Positions 24,201 to 39,200 of a DNA stretch of 64,000 nt are shown here, in pieces; position 1 is the first letter of the stretch, and every line of letters starts with the position of its first letter. The notes under the pieces are model-generated. The model worked only from the letters and a program-made list of their open reading frames with translations, searched no databases and was not told the DNA's origin. The position numbers and the translations under genes were made by a program. Origin of the DNA: Perna viridis (taxonomy: Eukaryota); contig CM074518.1 of assembly GCA_037379345.1 (NCBI GenBank), positions 806,001 to 870,000 of the forward strand, read 5' to 3'.

Positions 24201-27200
24201 ATACTTTGTAAACTCCCTTGGACTAAGACCCCATTCTCTGTTAAAACTTCAGATTTAGACCCAATACTTCGTAACCTCCCTTGAATTAAAACCCCATTCT
24301 GTGTTAAAACTTCAGATTTAGACCCAGTACTTTGTAAACTCCTGTGGACTAAGACGCCATTCTCTGTTAAAACTTCAGATTTAGACTTAGTACTTCATAA
24401 ACTCCCTTGGACTAAGACTCCATTCTCTGTTAAAACTTCAGATTTAGACTCAATACTTTGTAAACTCCCTTGGACTAAGACCCTATTCTCCACTAAAACT
24501 TCAGATTTAGACTCAATACTTTGTAAACTCCCTTGGACTAAGACTCCATTCTCTGTTAAAACTTCAGATTTAGACTCAATACTTTGTCAACTCCCTTGGA
24601 CTAAGACCCTATTCTCCACTAAAACTTCAGATTTAGACTCAATACTTTGTAAACTCCCTTGGACTAAGACTCCATTCTCTGTTAAAACTTCAGATTTAGA
24701 CTCAATACTTTGTAAACTTCCTTGGACTAAGACCCCATTCCCTGCTAAAACTTCAGATTTAGACTCAATACTTTGTAAACTCCCTTGGACTAAGACCCCA
24801 TTCTCTGCTAAAACTTCAGATTTAGACTCAATACTTTGTCAACTCCCTTGGACTAAGACCCTATTCTCTGCTAAAACTTCAGATTTAGACTCAATACTTT
24901 GTTAACTCCCTTGGACCTAGACCCTATTCTCTGCTAAAACTTCAGATTTAGACTCAATACTTTGTAAACTCCCTTGGACTAAGACCCTATTCTCTGCTAA
25001 AACTTCAGATTTAGACTCAATACTTTGTAAACTCCCTTGGACTAAGACCCTATTCTCTGCTAAAACTTCAGATTTAGACTCAATACTTTGTCAACTCCCT
25101 TGGACTAAGACCCCATTCTCCGCTAAAACTTCAGATTTAGACTCAATACTTTGTAAACTCCCTTGGACTAAGACCCTATTCTCCACTAAAACTTCAGATT
25201 TAGACTCAATACTTTGTAAACTCCCTTGGACTAAGACTCCATTCTCTGTTAAAACTTCAGATTTAGACTCAATACTTTGTAAACTCCCTTGGACTAAGAC
25301 CCCATTCTCTGCTAAAACTTCAGATTTAGACTCAATACTTTGTCAACTTCCTTGGACTAAGACCCCATTCCCTGCTAAAACTTCAGATTTAGACCCAATA
25401 CTTTGTAAACTCCCTTGGACTAAGACCCTATTCTCCGCTAAAACTTCAGATTTCGACATGAAACTGTGTAAATATCTTTGGATTAAACTTACTAAGAGCA
25501 TACTCCACTTTACTTCTGTTGAATTTGTCTTCTCTCTTGAATTTAGTCTACAAATGAACAAATAAAATTATCAAAAATTATAACATGACTGAAATATCTA
25601 ATAATCAGGTTTGAACTGTTTTTTGAAACTAGTAATACTTTTAGAGAAGATAAGTCTTGTCAAGTAACTTCCTGTTTTTTTAGAAAATGGGTCCAAACCT
25701 ACCATTCATATGCAAGGAAATTTGACATTTACATAGCACTGAGTTCAGTATTAAAAGCAGAACATTCTTTTTGTGTAAAAATGCCAATAAAAAAATAACA
25801 AATATCTATTTCTACATGATAAAAGTGTTAAGAACAGCAACAGATAGAAGAATTTTGCACTGTCATGTAGTGTTTCCAGATGAAGGAAGTATTACAATAT
25901 GTTCTGCAGCAACCATTCCATTACCAACAACCAAAGATACTGTTAAATGGCAATCTTCTTCATTTATGATATGAAGTCAAGACAAAGACATAGACATAAC
26001 ACTAAACAGGGATTGAATTTCAGAATTTTTTCTACTAGCTAAATTTAGCAAGTACTGAAAATTTACACTCACTAAATTTAAGTTTTTTTGCTTATTTCTG
26101 GAATTTACCTTTATATGACATACAGAATTCCACTAGCAAATTTAGTAAGTGGAAATAAGTTGTACTAGCAATATTGAATTTACAATTGCATTTAGCATGT
26201 ATTTCCCCTTAAATTTGATCACTGCTAAAACTTGATGGCTCAAATACCCAAGATTTCGCAAACACATTCTTTATTTTTACAATCATATTTTTTTTAAATA
26301 AGCACAGTCATTTTAATGTCTACAAATCAAAACTACCTGATAAAAGGGAAACATATCCAAAAACTTCTAAACATCAAGCTCTGAAAGTTAACCAAAAATT
26401 TCTGGAACAACAAACTTCAATTTCTAAAATTCCTGATATATAGAACACATCTGAATGATCCTTTGGCATCTGAATAACCAAAGTAAGCCATTTACCTGAA
26501 CTACACTTCTGAATGGTCCCTAGGAGTCTGAACAACCAATGTAAACCATTTACCTGAACAGCACTTCTGAATGGTCCCTTGCAGTCTGAACTACCAAAGT
26601 AAACCGTTTACCAGAACAAACTTCTGAATGGTCCCTTGGAGTCTGAACAACCAAAATAAACCATTTACCTGAACAGCACTTCTGAACGGTTCCTTGGAGT
26701 CTGAACAACCAAAGTAAACCATTTACCTGAACTAGACTCCTGAATGGTCCCTTGCAGTCTGAACAACCAAAGTAAACCATTTACCTGAGCCACACTTCTG
26801 AATGGTCCCTTGGAGTCTGAATTACCAAAGTAAACCATTTACCTGAGCCACACTTCTGAATGGTCCTTGGAGTCTGAACAACCAATGTAAACCATTTACC
26901 TGAACAGCACTTCTGAATGGTCCCTTGCAGTCTGAACTACCAAAGTAAACCATTTACCTGAGCTACACTCCTGAATGGTCCCTTGGAGTCTGAACAACTG
27001 AAGTAAACCATTTATCTGAGCCAACTTCTGAATGGTCCCTTGGAGTCTGAACTACCAAAGTAAACCATTTACCTGAACAAGCTTCTGAATGATCCCTTGG
27101 AGTCTGAACAACCAAAGTAAACCATTTACCTGAGCCACACTTCTGAATGGTCCCTTGGAGTCTGAACTACCAAAGTAAACCATTTAACTGAACAAACTTC

Positions 27201-30200
27201 TGAATGGTCCCTTGGAGTCTGAACAACCAAAGTAAACCATTTACCTGAGCCACACTTCTGAATGGTCCTTGGAGTCTGAACTACCAAAGTAAACCATATA
27301 CCTGAACAAACTTCTGAATGGTCCCTTGGAGTCTGAACAACCAAAGTAAACCATTTACCTGAGCTACACTTCTGAATGGTCCCTTGGAGTCTGAACTACC
27401 AAAGTAAACCATTTACCTGAGCCACACTTCTGAATGGTCCCTTGGAGTCTGAACTACCAAAGTAAACCATTTACCTAAACAGCACTTCTGAATGGTCCTT
27501 TGGAGTCTGAACTACCGAAGTAAACCGTTTACCTGAGCCAAACTTCTGAATGGTCCTTGGAGTCTGAACAACCAAAGTAATCCGTTTACCTGAACTGCAC
27601 TTCTGAATGGTCCCTTGGAATCTGAACAACCAATGTAAACCATTTACCTGAACTACACTTCTGAATGGTCCCTAGGAGTTTGAACTACCAAAGTAAATCA
27701 TACACCTGTGATAATCGTGAATTCGTCCAATCCGATATTTGTTTGCACACGCGTTTCACTCCCTGACACATTAACCCCCCCGGAAATTACCAATCAAAAC
27801 ATTGCATTACTGTTAGAATAAACCCACATGCCAATCATATTGATTTATGACAGGTAAAGGTGATTAATAAGTAAGAGTAATTAGAAAATACATTGTCCAT
27901 TTGTAATGTGTGACACAAATTTGAATACACGACACACACCAACTGAACACATGGCGCTTGTATTGAATTCATGTCACAAGAAATGTAACACTTGGCGCAG
28001 CGCCATGCAAAAAGAGGTCATGGAGAACGCTGGACAAGGGTAAAACAGTATATTCCCCATCATTCAGAGCAAGGGCATAATAAAAAAAAATCCCAATACT
28101 TAGACAGCAATGCATGTACTAACCAGATATGATTTCACAAGGCCATCAAAGAAAAGTAATAAAGAAGAAATCTGAATTACTGTATTTTCTAGACTATAAG
28201 TTGATATTTTTTTCAGTAAAGTGTTAGCCTCGACTTATCGTCCACTTCGACTTATATAAGGATTTTTCATGAAAAAATGTTCATCTACAATGCATATCAT
28301 TAGATTTGTTTAGTTCACTTTTCATTGCTTTAATTCAAAATTTTGGGAAAACTGCAAACAATGAAAGCCATCACTCAAACAGTCAAACTGGCGATCAAAC
28401 TCGAAGATTATTGATCAGTGCCGCTATCCTTTATGAATGAATATGAAGATGTTAATAAAAACTTTGAAACCGTTAAAATATATAAAATATATGAACAAAC
28501 TCTAAAAGATACGGTAACAGAACTCTTTTTATAACTGGAAAGATATTATTGAGTGTTCCAGAGTTATCGGTCCTTTAAAATGCAAATTTATACCCATTTA
28601 CTGTATGTTGTAACACATTCGCACGTGGCTCAAATTATAATCAGTTAAGGTGTTATCAAAATGGCTAATTGTAACCAAATTTACATGATACAATTATCTT
28701 TTATTGTATTTCGTAATACCAGGTAATATTGTTTATTAATTACCGCTCGTAATTATGACCAATTCATCAAACAAATTTCTCAATTATTTCACACACAGGT
28801 GCCCACGCTTGACAGGTTTACGATTTCGTACACCTGATGATTTAAGGCTTCAGAGTCAATGATAGGCCATTCAATGAAAATAAGGCCAACTTTTTTTTAT
28901 AATCTGTTTTACGGGATTTTTTTTCAAAAAGATTGGGTCAAGGTAAGCAAATAAAAACAAAAATAAAAGTCAAAATCTTGGCGGGTCGATGGAAAAAATA
29001 AATATAAAAGTAATTGTTTTTCATTTTTATTTTTTTTTTGCTATATTCTAAATGTGTGAAAAGTAAAAGCTTTTGATACCCAATTTTGATCTACATTTCA
29101 CTTCTTTAATTATTAAGACTGATTGATACTGTTTTTACAATGAAACAGAGAATACACACAAATTTTTACTTTTGAAAAGAAGATGTATAAAATATTTTCG
29201 ATGGGTAGATACATTTGTACCCCTTTCCAAATTTTTGGCTACATTTCCGAAATGTTTTGAAAGTGTATTTCAAGTCATTTGTTATCATTTCGACCCTTCT
29301 GACAATATATTTTGCCTAGGTAAATACATCAGAACCCACGCCACATTTGATCTTATGGTCACTAATCAGTTATGGCTATTATTTGGAGAATCACATTTGT
29401 ATTATATCCTAGGTATGACTGGATGTCGGCATCTTATTGATATAATGTGTTTTGATAATGATTTTATTGGTAGGTGAGATGATCTTGATAAAAAGCTGCA
29501 GCTGAGATGTGCAGTGTTGTCCATCAATCTTTGGTTTATGTAATTTGATAGTCAAATTTAAAAAGATCTGTGTTGTTTACAATAATGACATGTACATTCA
29601 TCATAATGACCAGTAATCAGCAGCTGTCCAAGCCAAATAAAATGGTAATTATAAACCAGATAATACCCAGTACAGTATATAAATGTGATTCCATTAATTT
29701 ATCCATAGAGGATAATCTTATCTCTTGGTAGTTAGATAGGAGCTTTTCTAGATAAGATGATTATTTTGAATTTGCAATTGGTATTGAAATAGTTGGTTAC
29801 ATCAGTATCAATTGCAGAGGTGGGATGTTGAACTCTTGCTTTGAAAAATGTAAATAATTTGTGCAGAACTTTTTTACTGTATTACAAGATATGTTGAGAT
29901 TTAGACATAACTTCTAAGCTAATATTGCCTTCTGGTGTGTTGGGCAGTATACGAGAATGTTATTTGGTTAATAAGCATTTATTTCATAATCATGGAGTTA
30001 AATATATTAATCCTTGTGAAGCTGTTTGCATAATAAAAATGTTTGTGGGACCATGGCAGGACACCTTTGTTATGACAACCACAGCTTTCTCATCGACAAT
30101 CTCATCAATTATTTTGTTGATGGATAGAAAAAGATTCACCTTTCTGTATTCCCCTATAATAACAAGTTTGAAATAATCGTAGGACGACCCTCGAACGCAT

Positions 30201-33200
30201 TGTTGTGGTCGGCCATTGACCTTCAGTGTTTTTCATTAACTAATGATAAATTCCGAGAGCTTCCAATAGCTTACTAAATTAAAATGATCGCTGATTGGTC
30301 GCTTCTTTTTTACTTGTCCAATGAAAACTTGCGATCTATTTTCTTTTATTTTTAGCATGGGATTTTCTTGCAAATATTCCAGGAGTTGGTGGAATTTACA
30401 AAAATAAAACAACACATTCTTTTATTTTTATTTTATTTTTGGCTAAAATAAAGTCAGCGGTCCCTTAAAACAGATTATAAAAAAATGTTGGCCTAACTGA
30501 ACTCCTGCACAAAGTACACTTTAACAAAACTGGAATAATATGCTGTTAAAAACAAACCGCTCAACTTGGGTCTCCACTAACACCTACTATAAAAATGTAC
30601 AAGTTTGACCCTCCAAAATTTGACTTATCTACATTTTTTTTGTCAATTTTGGTCAAAATTAGGCAATTTGACTTATACTCCACATCGACTTACAGTGCAG
30701 AAAATAAGGTATGATGTAAACCAAAATAAAATCATGTCTAAATAAAAGAGCTGTATAAGACATGTGACATATGACCTTGATTTATCTTTATATCATATCT
30801 AAATAAAAGAGCTGTATAAGACATGTGACATATGACCTTGATTTACCTTTATATCATATCTAAATAAAAGAGCTGTATAAGACATGCGACATATGACCTT
30901 GATTTACCTTTATATCATATCTTGTTCTATTAGGGAACAGCTTGATCATCAATGAGAAATCTGTACCAAGGTAACTCAGTGCTCGGTAAAATTTCTCTGT
31001 ATCTGAAAATAAAAAAAAATGTCTTGTAAAAAATGCTCTGCAGGGTGCAGATTGATCCATTCAATAGAAAGCTATACACTCATACTAATTTTATGTCAAA
31101 AAGACAATAACAATTTTGATGACAAAGCTGACAATAACACTAAGAACGAGGACAGCATATTACCATAATTATACAGCAGCAAGTTTTTTAAGAACAGATA
31201 AATATCACATAGCTGAAGATACTTCTTTTTAACTTATCAGTAATTGGGTACATACCCCATTGACTCCAAGCAGTTCTGCTCAGTGGTTTTTTAATAAAAC
31301 TAGTATAAGTAGCTGTGCTCTCAGCTTCTTCTATAATCTCTGTAATAGGGGCCTCTTCTGGCCTTCTGATGATCAAACTGAAAATATAAACAAAACAAAT
31401 AAATAAATTGTTTGGCAAGGGGTAGCTTGATATGACCACATTAGTTGAAGCCTGAGGCGAAGCTTAATACAACTCAGACATTTAGTTGTGATTGAATGTT
31501 TGACACAGTGGTCAATTGAAAAAAGAATGGATATGATGTGATCACAACAAATGCACCAGTATACAATCTTAATACAAAATAGTAAATACTTCAAAGATCA
31601 CCAAAAGGTCTTCAACAAGTCTAAACACACCTTCAAGGAAGCTCTGAAAGGCCCCGACAACAAAAGTTTTAAAATCCACTGTAACACAACTATGACACTT
31701 CAAAATATAAACTGTTATCACAGAGATATGTTTTGCTTGTCACTGTTTTTATAGATAATTTATAATATTCATACAACCATTTGACGCTGCCAAAGTAGAC
31801 AGATTTTTCGGGTATAGTTCATTGTTTGCATATATGGAACTGTGAAGTAGTGATGCTACAGCCACTAAATACCAAATACAATTGACCAAGTGATTCATGT
31901 ATAAATGACCTTATTTAAAAACTTAACATTAAAATCTTAACAAGAAATTTAAATATCAATAGGCCCTGAATGCAGAGGCATATGCATGAAACAGATACAA
32001 AAAGTGATGCTAATGCCAATGCATACCAAAAACAATTGACCTAGCACAAATGTTTCATAATACACTGACTTTTACTGAAAACTTAACATAAAATCCTAAC
32101 CAGAAAAGAAAGACCTTAGTCTTGACGAACATTCTTCACTGGGAAGACAAAAGCCATACTTGATATCATAAAACATAAAAATTTAGCAGGGAATTTTGTT
32201 TACAATGTGTTGTCTAAACATTTAGCTATCTAAACCTGAACAAAAGAAAACATACATGTGTTTACTACAAACTATAAAACAAACTTAAAACTAGAAAAAC
32301 TGTGAGAAATGCTCACTAAGTTGATCATGATACCCCCACTCTCCCATAACATCCACCTTTTGACCTCCATATTAACTTGGATCAAAATCTAAAATAGGAG
32401 GTGCACAATGGCAATATGTAATAAAGATTCTGTGAGTTTCATTACTATAGGAGAAGTAATGGATAAGAGATGGGTCCCCCATGTCCCCATATGCACAAAT
32501 GACTAAGTCCATGTTTTGCTATGTGAAACCCCCAAATTGATTCGGATCAAAATCTTAAATAAGAGGTGCACAATGGGAACATGCAATAAAGATTTTGTGA
32601 AAGTTTCATTCAATTCCATTCAGTGGTATAGAAGGAGTTAGAGATGGGCCCCCCTGTGAAACAGATATAAGGAAGAAAGGTTGGAAGGATGGAAGGACAG
32701 ACACTTCCATCACTATATACCCCCACTTTGCATGTTAGGTCATAATGACCTGTAGTTATGTTCACAGCCATATTATAAAGAAAAAAATAAATATCAATGA
32801 ATTACTGCATGATTCAAATACATAAATGATTCTTGTACTTACACAGGCCTCTGAATAAAACATTAACAATGATTCCACTTAGTATAACATATGTGTATTC
32901 CTTAAGTGATGATACTCTTAAATGATAATTTGATAAGTGTGTATGTTGAGGAGAGTATGTCAAAGTCACTGTCAAATGCATAAATGCATACAAAGGGTGG
33001 GGGTAACCAAGTTTTGTTTCACAGAAAAAAAAAACAGACATCAAAATATGACGTATTAACTTCGCTGCAAATAATATTAACAAGAACAACAATATTCAAA
33101 CAATTATATTTTTATCTTAAAAAATTCAAAGACTAATAGTGTCATATATCAGACATTTACACTTATCACATGTCTCAATATCTGTATGGCCAGTGTACTT

Positions 33201-36200
33201 GTTTCAGTGTTGTCATTTTGTGAAAAATGAAATGGTTTAGAAAATGCTCAAGCAAGTTATTTATTAATCATTAACATTCATGTAAATTTCTCCGACTTCC
33301 AGCTGCACTTTTTGAAAAATAAACATATTTAATAGCCTAGAATTTTGTCACCTTCCCACTTTTGACATTTAAGTGGATCAACCATATCTTGATACATCGG
33401 CTCTTTATGGTACAATTTGACATTTGATTAATCTTTTGTGTTTAGGAAGTGTTACTTAGCGAACTTGTAGATTTGAAATATAAATAGCAATGAAATTTCA
33501 CACATCTAGATTAGTTTAAAAGTAGCTCTTTTTTGTTGATGAAAACATGACAATTTATGACATTTTTCCTGAACACATCCGAAAATCAAAGAATCACTAG
33601 TTTTCCATTTTTGTAGAATTCAGCATCTTGTTCATTACAGCAAATTAATTACAGAAAACAATTTCTATTTATGCTTTAATGTAGATACTTAGCTCAGACT
33701 TTAAATAAACAAAAAACCAATAAATCCTGTGAAAATTGACAGAGAAATTGAGATTTTATGGTAGGTTTGATCAAATGCACACTTCAAATTACATTTGGTA
33801 CTCAATGACTTAATGGTTGGGGCTATAACCCACTAATCAATTCATAACATTCTTCTCCTGTAGAAAGGAACTTCCCTGCAAAATATAACCATTTAGATCC
33901 ATTTTCAAATCATTGCACAAATACCATGTAGAAGATAGACTACAAACAAATAGGGGTCTTTAACAAAATTGTGAAATAAGCTACCTATGGTAAATTTTGT
34001 TCTATTCACCTACATAACAAAAAAGTAATGATCAAATTTCATGAAATAAAAATTACGGGATGAACCTCGTTCCTTTTCTTAAAAAAGATGGGTGGTATTA
34101 AGCCTCTAAAATAGAGTTTTTATTTTGATGCTTAATTTAAATGGTTTGCAATTTAGTGGCAAAAATGATGCTATTTCAATTTTGTCACCATATCATGTCT
34201 AAACTTCTGTTTTTAATTTTTTAAGTGACTGTTTAAAAATGTGTCCATGACAGAAATGGCTATATTTCATTAAACAGGAAGTAGATGTTTGACAGGCCTG
34301 AAATTTGATCCTACGATATGATACTCGTACCTAATGCTGGATACCAAATATCAAGAAGCTACAATTAGTTGCTGAGTGTTACAAAAATAATTTCCCCACC
34401 AGCCCACCCAACTAACATTCACCTTACTATAACCTGATTTTCAGTATGTGAAATTTGGTCAATAATGATTAATTTTACTGAAAGAATGAAAATGGGGATA
34501 AATTTGGCTCATTTAAGATAGTTTTTGTATTAAACAAAAGTGGCCTCATCTGAACAAGAAAAAGATATTTTGCCAAATGGATTACCTTCATTTGCTGTTT
34601 AAATTATCTTTTTGTTGTTTGTAAGTAGTCACAATGAAAATTAATTAATATGTGTGCTAAAATTAAGTAATATGTGTGCTAAAATTAATTAATATGTGTG
34701 CTAAAATTAATAAATATGTGAGCTGAAATTAAGCACAATTAATATTTTTATTCCATTTTTGATATAATGTCAGTTTCCTATAGACAGTTTTTATTTTCAT
34801 GATTTTAGGATAGAAGTGATGTTGATTTTAGGATAGCAGTGATGTTGATTTTGGTTATTATTTTTCATTTAAAAAAAATTGAGTCAAATAAAGGCCTTGT
34901 TGACCCTCATCCTTTCCTGATAGAACAAAAGCAGAATACATTCTAAGAATGGAACAAGAAATTTATGCATATAGTATTCATTCACATTACATAAAAGCAT
35001 TTACCTTTCTTCATTAATTATGATACTGCCATCTGGACCAATTTTAACTTGTGGCACTGGCATGTCTTCTTCATCTTCTGGTTCTTCAGGAGGAGAATTT
35101 TCAGGATCATTGGTAGGAGTATTTTTTACAGTCTCAATATTTTCTTTTTCCTTTTCTTTTTCCAGTTTTGCTTTTTTCTTTTGAGTACATGTACTACTGA
35201 AACCCAAAGATACTTTATACATTTAATGCAATCTTTATTTTTGGTAGGGATAGCCACCAATTTGTACTTTACAAATGATTTGAGAAAATTTTTCATTTCA
35301 TGTGTCTAGGAAAACTAAAAATTGTGAAGAGAATTTACCAATTATTACATTTATATTCAAATGATGCTGATATTTGATTAAATATATGAAAGGCTGAACA
35401 CCAGATTTGTTTTGTGATCTAATCTACATACAGATTAGTACTAACCTTACAGAAAACACATCAGCATTATAGTTGGATGTAATGAGTAGAAAACATATAA
35501 ATAATTATGTATTCTGATGATACTTACGACATGGGATTTTTAACTGGGTTATAATATATAAGATCACCAATAGTCATAGAGTTCTTATCTGATGGGTTCT
35601 TCAATGGTGGCTGGAATAAAGATAACATAATATACAGGGTCCAAACTGAACCCTGAAAAAACTGATGACCTGTCCAAACCTGATTTCTTCTGAAGTTGAC
35701 CATTCGTGTCAATTTCAATAAATATTAAAACTGTATGAACTGAACACCTTCAAAAACCAATCAATTCATGTCGTCCTAAAGATATTTGGTTAAGACATTT
35801 TTCATAAAGCGAACAATTCATTCCGTCCTGAAGATTGATCTTTGATTTTTTTCTAAATTACAAATATGTTTAAAGTAATATATGTTTTCTGTACAACTGA
35901 GTAGTAATTGATCAAAGTATTATGACAACATAATCTATGATTTATTTTACGCTTACCATTGTTTTGTGAAAAGAACTGCTGTTCTAACTATAGGAACAGT
36001 CTTCACACTTAACTTTTCAACTTACAGGCCCGAAATTGAAAACCACATAAACAAAACTGAATTTAGGAATAAATGGCTATTTTGTTTTTGATAGCGACTT
36101 GTAACGGTTCATATCAGGTGAGTTTGTTAGTGCAAACCCAGATATTAAACATGATGAAGTCTATATTTAAAACAAAATGTCATTTATTCCTTTTATTGGT

Positions 36201-39200
36201 AATATGCAATTCATGAAAGAAAATGATGCTTGTTATCTGAAATATGTTCAATATATTACCCAAAAGTATTATTAAATGTGGACTATTTTATTGGATGACC
36301 ATCATGTTTTATGAGTCCAGTCAGCATGTGTGTCGGTAGTAATTTGTAAGGGAAGGTTGGCATATCACAAGAAAAATGTGTGGACAATTTTTTGTGCATT
36401 ATTATTAAGGATTATTTAAATTCTTCAATGGTGAGTTAAAATAGGTCAAGATTTTGTCAGTTCTCTTGAATATAAAGTCACTCCTATGTAGTGTAGATGT
36501 AAGAAATGCAAATGATGAAAAACCTTGTCAGTTATCTGGTTACTATTCATGTATTAGGTTTTTTTTATCATATCACTTTATACAATGTAGTAACTAGACA
36601 AGATTAACATTAGCAGCATCATGGTTTCCCCATATTTTGTTCTTCAGGGTGAGAGCAGACGATTTACATGTACATATTCCCTACTTGTGGAGCTCGGGAT
36701 ACAGCCATATTTTATCCCGTTTTTGCAGAGTTACCTCCCATAAGAGCAGGTATAATTTCGAAGTCTCTCTAATCGATGTTCGGATTCGGGTGCAGAAAAA
36801 AGAGGTAACCTGAATGAAAACGGAATCCCCAGCAGACAAACACAACAGTGTTTCTAAAATTTACAGGGTGTTTCATTTCATTGGTAGGTTACATAAGGAT
36901 GATTTTCATTTGTATCCCAGGTAAAGAAAATTTATGGAAGGGTCTGTAGAACGAGAAATTCCCTTTTGACTTTCGAGATTTTCTAAAGTATCGTCGATAT
37001 CGGATGGAAAACCTTATGTGTTCCAAATAGATACCTGCTACAAAGGGAGATAAATGTTGACAAAATGTTGGTCCATAAGTCGGGAATTACAGTGCAAAAA
37101 TCTTACTTGTGGCTTTAGAAAAGTACAGTACATGTATTGATTTATTTATATGATTTCAGGTTAACAATTCCTGAATGGATAGAAGATTTTCAAAAGATAA
37201 TGATGATGTAAACTTGCAAAGTATTTCCAAATGAGTTGAAAATACAGATCAGTGCAAATATTAGCATTACTGTCAATCATACTTAATTAAAATTTAACAC
37301 ATTTACAACCAATAAACAGTTTTATTTCTTTCATATTAGTATCATTTTTTCTTTACAATGAATTGAATAATTGGAGCATCCAATGGGACATTAAATGATA
37401 CCCTGCCATGTTGTGTTTTATTTGGGGGTAAACGCAACATAAAATAGCTATAATTTTCGTGTAAATAATCTGATCAAACTGGAATTCAATCTTGATCTGT
37501 ACTTTATGATACTCAATAACTACCAGGTATACAAAATTTGAAAAAGGTCCTTCAATATTTTCTAAAGCTATCTGGAAACCAATAGGAAGATGGACAAGTG
37601 GATGAAACTTTTTAAAGGGTATCCTATAAATTGATAATACTGCACCACTTCAGGTGGCAGGGTATAAAAATTAAATTTATTCTTTCCTTGACGTACTCCT
37701 TTTGTCTTCCAATGTTGGAGTTAAGAACTCACTGTTTTAATTCATACATTTTTTATAATACTCTACATTAATTACCGGAGCTTCACTATGAACAGTGCTG
37801 ACAGAACTGGTACTTATATGTCTTTTCCTTCCTTCTGTAGTGGAACCAGTATCAAAAAGATTATCATAACGTCCTGGTTTCTGACCTCTATCATCATCTG
37901 TTGTTTCGGATGACCTGTGGTTTGGTTGGAACATTTTCATAGGTGAGGCTCTGAAGTATGGTACATGTCGGATGAATGAGGCAAAATCACATGGCTCAGA
38001 AGCATGGTAAAAAATTACATGAAATATTACAAGTTGGGATTCATTTATTATTGCTATTTTGTTTAAAATCCCTTTGATCTTGCTAAATGATAATTTTCAA
38101 TCTCACACCAGTTGAGTGAAAATGAAAATTATCGCCAGTTTCTATGTCCTCGTGTGACATACAAGCAACAGCGTAGGAATATTTGACGACCCAAATAAAC
38201 GTCTGTTTGTTTACTGTGTATAAATTAATGGGTAATTTGTCGCAATATTTTCTAGTCTACGATGGAAAATTATTAAATACAGTAACTTACCCGATTAAAA
38301 TGAATAAATCCCAAAATTATTCCACAAATTTTAAACGCGACCGTCATAGTTAACCATTTTTTTTCCAAATGATATGTATCACAGCTGCCCAACACATGTG
38401 ACGTCACATAGCATGTCGCCGAAAAATAGCCCCGAAAGGAAATTTGCAGAGCTTATAAAACTTACATATTTAGGTCAAGAAAACTAATACCTTATAATTC
38501 AGCAAAACAGCGATAAACAGATTATTAAATATTTTTTCAACCCACGGGAGTTTCTCGTGCTCATTTCATCTCATGGCAAAGCTGCTCGACAAGATCAGCA
38601 TGAGAAACTCCCTCTCGTTGAAAAAATATTAAATAATCTTATAATCTTTATTAGCCTTTGTTGTTGCTATAAGCATGTCATTTGTTATGATCAAATCAGT
38701 TTTAAGATGTAACCTACCCTTTGCCAAGTTTTGGAGATTTCAGAGGAGATGATGGTCTAGATAAATTCTCTTCTCTTGGTAGTGTCAAGCCTTTACTGCA
38801 ATATAATATATAATATCTTGTTTACATTATTGTATATATATATTAAATATTACAGGAATTGGAAATATTTGTTGAAAAAGAATTATCACCAGGTACAAAT
38901 GGAGGGGTGTTGTGCCCTACCCTCAAAGACCCACACCTCTCTGCCCTACTTAATAAGTGCCTTGATAAGATTTTGTTACAGTCTCTGCCAAGGTGTCTCT
39001 ACATAAAAAAAACATTGCAAATGACTTCTTTTTCCTCTCTAGTACCACATATACTATGTGTGCATTACCAGGTGTATTGAAACAATTCAACAAATCTGAG
39101 TGGTACTTTTTAACACAGAGGTGTCCTCCTTTAAAAAATTCGATAAATCTGAGTTCTGTGGTACTTCTGTTACACTAAACACAGAAGTGTCCTCCTCCTT

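Noticed and set aside
26550-27344. Repetitive ORFs in satellites (also 8035-8289, 25343-25561, 56124-57128)
   Set aside because: These are by-products of tandem repeats; frames break between units.
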